64,000 nucleotides of DNA. Origin: Eledone cirrhosa (taxonomy: Eukaryota). The translations under genes were made by a program, and so were the position numbers. Location of the stretch: positions 22,754,001 through 22,818,000 of the forward strand of contig OZ024753.1 in the NCBI GenBank assembly GCA_964016885.1. Direction: 5' to 3'. Below the pieces are notes generated by a model. It was not told the DNA's origin. It did no database searches and saw only the letters and a list, made by a program, of their open reading frames with translations. Of the stretch, positions 56,301 to 64,000 are shown piece after piece; position 1 is the first letter of the stretch, and every line of letters begins with the position of its first letter.

Positions 56301-59300
56301 GAGGTGGTGTTGGTGTTGACTGTCGTGTTGTTGGTGATGGAGGTGGTGTTGGTGTTGACTGTCGTGTTGGTGGTGGTGGAGGTGGTGTTGGTGTTGACTG
56401 TCGTGTTGTTGGTGGTGGAGGTGGTGTTGGGGTTGACTGTCGTGTTGTTGGTGGTGGAGGTGGTGGAGGTGTTGTTGACTGTCGTGTTGGTGGTGGAGGT
56501 GGTGTTGGTGTTGACTGTCGTGTTGTTGGTGGTGGAGGTGGTGTTGGTGTTGATTGTCGTGTTGTTGGTGGTGGAGGTGGTGTTGGTGTTGACTGTCGTG
56601 TTGGTGGTGGTGGAGGTGGTGTTGGTGTTGACTGTCGTGTTGGTGGTGGTGGAGGTGGTGTTGGTGTTGACTGTCGTGTTGTTGGTGTTGGAGGTGGTAT
56701 TTGTGTTGACTGTCGTGTTGTTGGTGGTGGAGTTGGTGGTGGTGGAGGTGGTGTTGGTGTTGACTGTCGTGTTGGTGGTGTTGGAGGTGGTGTTGGTGTT
56801 GAATGTCGTGTTGTTGTTGGTGGTGGTGGTGTTGGTGTTGACTGTCGTTTTGGTGATGGAGGTGGTGTTGGTGTTGACTGTCGTGTTGTTGGTGGTGGAG
56901 GTGGTGTTGGTGTTGACTGTCGTGTTGGTGGTGGTGGAGGTGGTGTTGGTGTTGACTGTCGTGTTGTTGGTGGTGGAGGTGGTGTTGGGGTTGACTGTCG
57001 TGTTGTTGGTGGTGGAGGTGGTGGAGGTGGTGTTGACTGTCGTGTTGGTGGTGGAGGTGGTGTTGGTGTTGAGTGTCGTGTTGGTGGTGGTGGAGGTGGT
57101 GTTGGTGTTGACTGTCGTGTTGTTGGTGGTGGAGGTGGTGTTGGTGTTGACAGTCGTGTTGGTGGTGGAGGTGGTGTTGGTGTTGACTCTCGTGTTGGTG
57201 GTGGTGGAGGTGGTGTTGGTGTTGACTGTCGTGTTGGTGGTGGTGGTGGAGGTGGTGTTGGTGTTGACTGTCGTGTTGGTGGTGGTGGAGGTGGTGTTGG
57301 TGTTGACTGTCGTGTTGTTGGTGGTGGAGGTGGTGTTGGTGTTGACAGTCGTGTTGTTGGTGGTGGTGGTGGTGTTGACTGTCGTGTTGTTGTTGGTGGT
57401 GGTGGTGTTGGTGTTGACTGTCGTGTTGGTGGTGGTGGAGGTGGTGGTTTTGGTGTTGACTGTCGTGTTGTTAGTGGTGGTGGAGGTGGTGTTGGTGTTG
57501 AGTGTTGTGTTGGTGATGGTGGAGGTGGTGTCGTAGTTAACTGTCGTGTTGTTGGTGGTGGAGGTGGTGTTGGTGTCGACTGCGTGTTGGTGGTGGAGGA
57601 GGTGTTGGTGTTGACTGTCGTGTTGTTGTTGGTGGTGGTGTTGGTGTTGACTGTCGTGTTGTTGGTGGTGGAGGCGGTGTTGGTGTTGACTGTCGTGTTG
57701 TTGTTGGTGGTGGTGTTGGTGTTGACTGTCGTGTTGTTGGTGGTGGAGGCGGTGTTGGTGTTGACTGTCGTGTTGGTGGTGGTGGAGGTGGTGTTGATGT
57801 TAACTGTCGTGTTGGTGGTGGTGGAGGTGGTGTTGGTGTTGACTGTCGTGTTGTTGGTGGTGGAGGTGGTGTTGGTGTTGATTGTCGTGTTGTTGGTGGT
57901 GGAGGTGGTGTTGGTGTTGACTGTCGTGTTGGTGGTGGTGGAGGTGGTGTTGGTGTTGACTGTCGTGTTGGTGGTGGTGGAGGTGGTGTTGGTGTTGACT
58001 GTCGTGTTGGTGGTGGTGGAGGTGGTGTTGGTGTTGACTGTCGTGTTGTTGGTGGTGGAGGTGGTGTTGGTGTTGACTGTCGTGTTGGTGGTGGAGGTGG
58101 TGTTGGTGTTGACTGTCGTGTTGGTGGTGGTGGAGGTGGTGATGGTGTTGATTGTCGTGTTGTTGGTGGTGGAGGTGGTGTTGGTGTTGATTGTCGTGTT
58201 GTTGGTGGTGGAGGTGGTGTTGGTGTTGACTGTCGTGTTGGTGGTGGTGGAGGTGGTGTTGGTGTTGACTGTCGTGTTGGTGGTGGTGGAGGTGGTGTTG
58301 GTGTTGACTGTCGTGTTGTTGGTGGTGGAGGTGGTGTTGGTGTTGACTGTCGTGTTGGTGGTGGTGGAGGTGGTGTTGGTGTTGACTGTCGTGTTGGTGG
58401 TGGTGGAGGTGGTGTTGGTGTTGACTGTCGTGTTGGTGGTGGTGGAGGTGGTGTTGGTGTTGACTCTCGTATTGGTGGTGGTGGAGGTGGTGTTGGTGTT
58501 GACTGTCGTGTTGTGGTGGTGGAGGTGGTGTTGGTATTGACTGTCGTGTTGTTGGTGGTGGGGGTGGTGTTCGTGTTGATTGTCGTGTTGTTGGTGGTGG
58601 AGGTGGTGTTGGTGTTGACTGTCGTGTTGTTGGTGGTGGTGTTGGTGTTGACTGTCGTGTTGGTGGTGGTGGAGGTGGTGTTGGTGTTGACTGTCGTGTT
58701 GGTGGTGGTGGAGGTGGTGTTGGTATTGACTGTCGTGTTGTTGGTGGTGGGGGTGGTGTTCGTGTTGATTGTCGTGTTGTTGGTGGTGGAGGTGGTGTTG
58801 TGTTGACTGTCGTGTTGTTGGTGGTGGAGGTGGTTTTGGTGTTGACTGTCGTGTTGGTGGTGGTGGAGGTGGTGTTGGTGTTGACTGTCGTGTTGTTGTT
58901 GGTGGTGGTGGTGTTGGTGTTGACTGTTGTGTTGGTGGTGGTGGAGGTGGTGTCGTAGTTGACTGTCGTGTTGTTGGTGGTGGAGTTGGTGTTGGTGTTG
59001 ACTGTCGTGTTGTTGGTGGTGGAGGTGGTGTTGGTGTTGACTGTCGTGTTGTTGGTGGTGGAGGTGGTGTTGGTGTTGAGTGTTGTGTTGGTGGTGGTGG
59101 AGGTGGTGTCGTAGTTAACTGTCGTGTTGTTGGTGATGGAAGTGGTGTTGGTGTCGACTGCGTGTTGTTGGTGGTGGAGGTGGTGTTGGTGTTGACTGTC
59201 GTGTTGTTGGTGATGGAGGTGGTGTTGGTGTTGACTGTCGTGTTGTTGGTGGTGGAGGTGGTGTTGGTGTTGACTGTCGTGTTGGTGGTGGTGGAGGTGG

Positions 59301-62300
59301 TGTTGGTGTTGACTGTCGTGTTGTTGGTGATGGAGGTGGTGTTGGTGTTGACTGTCGTGTTGTTGGTGGTGGAGGTGGTGTTGGTGTTGACTGTCGTGTT
59401 GTTGGTGATGGAGGTGGTGTTGGTGTTGACTGTCGTGTTGGTGGTGGTGGAGGTGGTGTTGGTGTTGACTGTCGTGTTGTTGGTGGTGGAGGTGGTGTTG
59501 GGGTTGACTGTCGTGTTGTTGGTGGTGGAGGTGGTGGAGGTGGTGTTGACTGTCGTGTTGGTGGTGGAGGTGGTGTTGGTGTTGACTGTCGTGTTGTTGG
59601 TGGTGGAGGTGGTGTTGGTGTTGATTGTCGTGTTGTTGGTGGTGGAGGTGGTGTTGGTGTTGACTGTCGTGTTGGTGGTGGTGGAGGTGGTGTTGGTGTT
59701 GACTGTCGTGTTGGTGGTGGTGGAGGTGGTGTTGGTGTTGACTGTCGTGTTGGTGGTGGAGGTGGTGTTGACTGTCGTGTTGTTGGTGTTGGAGGTGGTA
59801 TTTGTGTTGACTGTCGTGTTGTTGGTGGTGGAGTTGGTGGTGGTGGAGGTGGTGTTGGTGTTGACTGTCGTGTTGGTGGTGTTGGAGGTGGTGTTGGTGT
59901 TGAATGTCGTGTTGTTGTTGGTGGTGGTGGTGTTGGTGTTGACTGTCGTGTTGGTGATGGAGGTGGTGTTGGTGTTGACTGTCGTGTTGTTGGTGGTGGA
60001 GGTGGTGTTGGTGTTGACTGTCGTGTTGGTGGTGGTGGAGGTGGTGTTGGTGTTGACTGTCGTGTTGTTGGTGGTGGAGGTGGTGTTGGGGTTGACTGTC
60101 GTGTTGTTGGTGGTGGAGGTGGTGGATGTGGTGTTGACTGTCGTGTTGGTGGTGGAGGTGGTGTTGGTGTTGAGTGTCGTGTTGGTGGTGGTGGAGGTGG
60201 TGTTGGTGTTGACTGTCGTGTTGTTGGTGGTGGAGGTGGTGTTGGTGTTGACAGTCGTGTTGGTGGTGGAGGTGGTGTTGGTGTTGACTCTCGTGTTGGT
60301 GGTGGTGGAGGTGGTGTTGGTGTTGACTGTCGTGTTGGTGGTGGTGGTGGAGGTGGTGTTGGTGTTGACTGTCGTGTTGGTGGTGGTGGAGGTGGTGTTG
60401 GTGTTGACTGTCGTGTTGTTGGTGGTGGAGGTGGTGTTGGTGTTGACTGTCGTGTTGTTGGTGGTGGTGGTGGTGTTGACTGTCGTGTTGGTAGTGGTGG
60501 AGGTGGTGTTGACTGTCGTGTTGGTGGTGGAGGTGGTGTTGGTGTTGACTGTCGTGTTGGTGGTGGTGGAGGTGGTGTTGGTGTTGACTGTCGTGTTGTT
60601 GGTGGTGGAGGTGGTGTTGGTGTTGACTGTCGTGTTGGTGGTGGAGGTGGTGTTGGTGTTGACTGTCGTGTTGTTGGTGGTGGTGTTGGTGTTGGTGTTG
60701 ACTGTCGTGTTGGTAGTGGTGGATGTGGTGTTGACTGTCGTGTTGGTGGTGGAGGTGGTGTTGGTGTTGACTGTCGTGTTGGTGGTGGTGGAGGTGGTGT
60801 TGGTGTTGACTGTCGTGTTGTTGGTGGTGGTGGTGGTGTTGGTGTTGACAGTCGTGTTGGTGGTGGTGGAGGTGGTGTTGGTGTTGACTGTCGTGTTGTT
60901 GGTGGTGGTGGTGGTGTTGACTGTCGTGTTGGTGGTGGTGGAGGTGGTGTTGGTGTTGACTGTCGTGTTGTTGGTGGTGGTGGTGGTGTTGACTGTCGTG
61001 TTGGTGGTGGTGGAGGTGGTGTCGTAGTTGACTGTCGTGTTGTTGGTGGTGGAGTTGGTGTTGGTGTTGACTGTCGTGTTGTTGATGGTGGTGGTGGTGT
61101 TGGTGTTGACTGTCGTGTTGTTGTTGGTGGTGGTGGTGTTGGTGTTGACTGTCGTGTTGGTAGTGGTGGAGGTGGTGGTTTTGGTGTTGACTGTCGTGTT
61201 GTTAGTGGTGGTGGAGGTGGTGTTGGTGTTGAGTGTTGTGTTGGTGATGGTGGAGGTGGTGTCGTAGTTAACTGTCGTGTTGTTGGTGGTGGAGGTGGTG
61301 TTGGTGTCGACTGCGTGTTGGTGGTGGAGGAGGTGTTGGTGTTGACTGTCGTGTTGTTGTTGGTGGTGGTGTTGGTGTTGACTGTCGTGTTGTTGGTGGT
61401 GGAGGCGGTGTTGGTGTTGACTGTCGTGTTGTTGTTGGTGGTGGTGTTGGTGTTGACTGTCGTGTTGTTGGTGGTGGAGGCGGTGTTGGTGTTGACTGTC
61501 GTGTTGGTGGTGGAGGAGGTGGTGTTGGTGTTAACTGTCGTGTTGGTGGTGGTGGAGGTGGTGTTGGTGTTGACTGTCGTGTTGTTGGTGGTGGAGGTGG
61601 TGTTGGTGTTGATTGTCGTGTTGTTGGTGGTGGAGGTGGTGTTGGTGTTGACTGTCGTGTTGGTGGTGGTGGAGGTGGTGTTGGTGTTGACTGTCGTGTT
61701 GGTGGTGGTGGAGGTGGTGTTGGTGTTGACTGTCGTGTTGGTGGTGGTGGAGGTGGTGTTGGTGTTGACTGTCGTGTTGTTGGTGGTGGAGGTGGTGTTG
61801 GTGTTGACTGTCGTGTTGGTGGTCGAGGTGGTGTTGGTGTTGACTGTCGTGTTGGTGGTGGTGGAGGTGGTGATGGTGTTGATTGTCGTGTTGTTGGTGG
61901 TGGAGGTGGTGTTGGTGTTGATTGGCGTGTTGTTGGTGGTGGAGGTGGTGTTGGTGTTGACTGTCGTGTTGGTGGTGGTGGAGGTGGTGTTGGTGTTGAC
62001 TGTCGTGTTGGTGGTGGTGGAGGTGGTGTTGGTGTTGACTGTCGTGTTGTTGGTGGTGGAGGTGGTGTTGGTGTTGACTGTCGTGTTGGTGGTGGTGGAG
62101 GTGGTGTTGGTGTTGACTGTCGTGTTGGTGGTGGTGGAGGTGGTGTTGGTGTTGACTGTCGTGTTGGTGGTGGTGGAGGTGGTGTTGGTGTTGACTCTCG
62201 TATTGGTGGTGGTGGAGGTGGTGTTGGTGTTGACTGTCGTGTTGGTGGTGGTGGAGGTGGTGTTGGTATTGACTGTCGTGTTGTTGGTGGTGGGGGTGGT

Positions 62301-64000
62301 GTTCGTGTTGATTGTCGTGTTGTTGGTGGTGGAGGTGGTGTTGGTGTTGACTGTCGTGTTGTTGGTGGTGGTGTTGGTGTTGACTGTCGTGTTGGTGGTG
62401 GTGGAGGTGGTGTTGGTGTTGACTGTCGTGTTGGTGGTGGTGGAGGTGGTGTTGGTATTGACTGTCGTGTTGTTGGTGGTGGGGGTGGTGTTCGTGTTGA
62501 TTGTCGTGTTGTTGGTGGTGGAGGTGGTGTTGTGTTGACTGTCGTGTTGTTGGTGGTGGAGGTGGTTTTGGTGTTGACTGTCGTGTTGGTGGTGGTGGAG
62601 GTGGTGTTGGTGTTGACTGTCGTGTTGTTGTTGGTGGTGGTGGTGTTGGTGTTGACTGTCGTGTTGGTGGTGGTGGAGGTGGTGTTGGTGTTGACTGTCG
62701 TGTTGGTGGTGGTGGAGGTGGTGTTGGTGTTGACTGTCGTGTTGTTGGTGGTGGAGGTGGTGTTGGTGTTGACTGTCGTGTTGGTGGTCGAGGTGGTGTT
62801 GGTGTTGACTGTCGTGTTGGTGGTGGTGGAGGTGGTGATGGTGTTGATTGTCGTGTTGTTGGTGGTGGAGGTGGTGTTGGTGTTGATTGGCGTGTTGTTG
62901 GTGGTGGAGGTGGTGTTGGTGTTGACTGTCGTGTTGGTGGTGGTGGAGGTGGTGTTGGTGTTGACTGTCGTGTTGGTGGTGGTGGAGGTGGTGTTGGTGT
63001 TGACTGTCGTGTTGTTGGTGGTGGAGGTGGTGTTGGTGTTGACTGTCGTGTTGGTGGTGGTGGAGGTGGTGTTGGTGTTGACTGTCGTGTTGGTGGTGGT
63101 GGAGGTGGTGTTGGTGTTGACTGTCGTGTTGGTGGTGGTGGAGGTGGTGTTGGTGTTGACTCTCGTATTGGTGGTGGTGGAGGTGGTGTTGGTGTTGACT
63201 GTCGTGTTGGTGGTGGTGGAGGTGGTGTTGGTATTGACTGTCGTGTTGTTGGTGGTGGGGGTGGTGTTCGTGTTGATTGTCGTGTTGTTGGTGGTGGAGG
63301 TGGTGTTGGTGTTGACTGTCGTGTTGTTGGTGGTGGTGTTGGTGTTGACTGTCGTGTTGGTGGTGGTGGAGGTGGTGTTGGTGTTGACTGTCGTGTTGGT
63401 GGTGGTGGAGGTGGTGTTGGTATTGACTGTCGTGTTGTTGGTGGTGGGGGTGGTGTTCGTGTTGATTGTCGTGTTGTTGGTGGTGGAGGTGGTGTTGTGT
63501 TGACTGTCGTGTTGTTGGTGGTGGAGGTGGTTTTGGTGTTGACTGTCGTGTTGGTGGTGGTGGAGGTGGTGTTGGTGTTGACTGTCGTGTTGTTGTTGGT
63601 GGTGGTGGTGTTGGTGTTGACTGTTGTGTTGGTGGTGGTGGAGGTGGTGTCGTAGTTGACTGTCGTGTTGTTGGTGGTGGAGTTGGTGTTGGTGTTGACT
63701 GTCGTGTTGTTGGTGGTGGAGGTGGTGTTGGTGTTTACTGTCGTGTTGTTGTTGGTGGTGGTGGTGTTGGTGTTGACTGTTGTGTTGGTGGTGGTGGAGG
63801 TGGTGTCGTAGTTGACTGTCGTGTTGGTGGTGGTGGAGGAGGTGTTGGTGTTGACTGTCGTGTTGTTGGTGGTGGTGGTGGTGTTGGTGTTGACTGTCGT
63901 GTTGTTGTTGGTGGTGGTGGTGTTGGTGTTGAGTGTTGTGTTGGTGGTGGTGGAGGTGGTGTCGTAGTTAACTGTCGTGTTGTTGGTGGTGGAGGTGGTG
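50336..64000. repeat. 39-bp satellite array (>13.6 kb, runs off the window) with 3.0/3.7-kb higher-order repeats
   Basis: Unit GTTGACTGTCGTGTTGGTGGTGGTGGAGGTGGTGTTGGT. Diagnostic variants recur at offsets of about 3032, 3732 and 6764 bp. Confidence 0.97.

Noticed and set aside
50216-63655. Long plus-strand Val/Leu-rich and Gly-rich ([11 protein letters not shown]) ORFs
   Set aside because: They are translations of the 39-bp satellite. They switch frame at indels and lie antisense to the Tx1 ORF1 in which the repeat sits.
50336-64000. Mucin-like host gene (Thr/Asn repeat with NxT sequons) or telomeric array
   Set aside because: The frame runs into a stop-containing Tx1 ORF1 remnant, no splice or signal context is visible, and there are no TTAGGG units. 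Not fully excluded because the array leaves the window.

Overview
Repeat-dense eukaryotic (animal) DNA with no host protein-coding gene that I can support. The SINE family and the abundant (AT)n/(AC)n/(GATA)n microsatellites suggest an octopod cephalopod (inference). (1) 1.55-15.96 kb: head-to-tail array of four L1/Tx1-clade non-LTR retrotransposons, each bounded by (TATC)n. Copy 1 is fully intact (ORF1 with CCHC knuckle; ORF2 with APE, RT and C-terminal Cys/His motif). (2) 17-43 kb: many Penelope-like element (PLE) remnants, with RT and GIY-YIG fragments, several type I hammerhead ribozyme motifs and many fold-back structures sitting in (AT)n tracts, plus RTE fragments, SINEs and a mariner-like MITE. 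(3) 43-47 kb: 47-, 29- and 25-bp minisatellites. (4) 48.7 kb to the window end: a fifth, minus-strand, multiply deleted Tx1 copy whose ORF1 low-complexity linker has expanded into a >13.6-kb 39-bp satellite with kb-scale higher-order repeats. Most notable: apparent (GATA)n target specificity of the Tx1 family, a splice-signal-like in-frame ORF1/ORF2 junction shared by three divergent copies, the satellite born inside ORF1, and the ribozyme-bearing fold-back elements. All coordinates and alignments were read by eye and may be off by a few bases.
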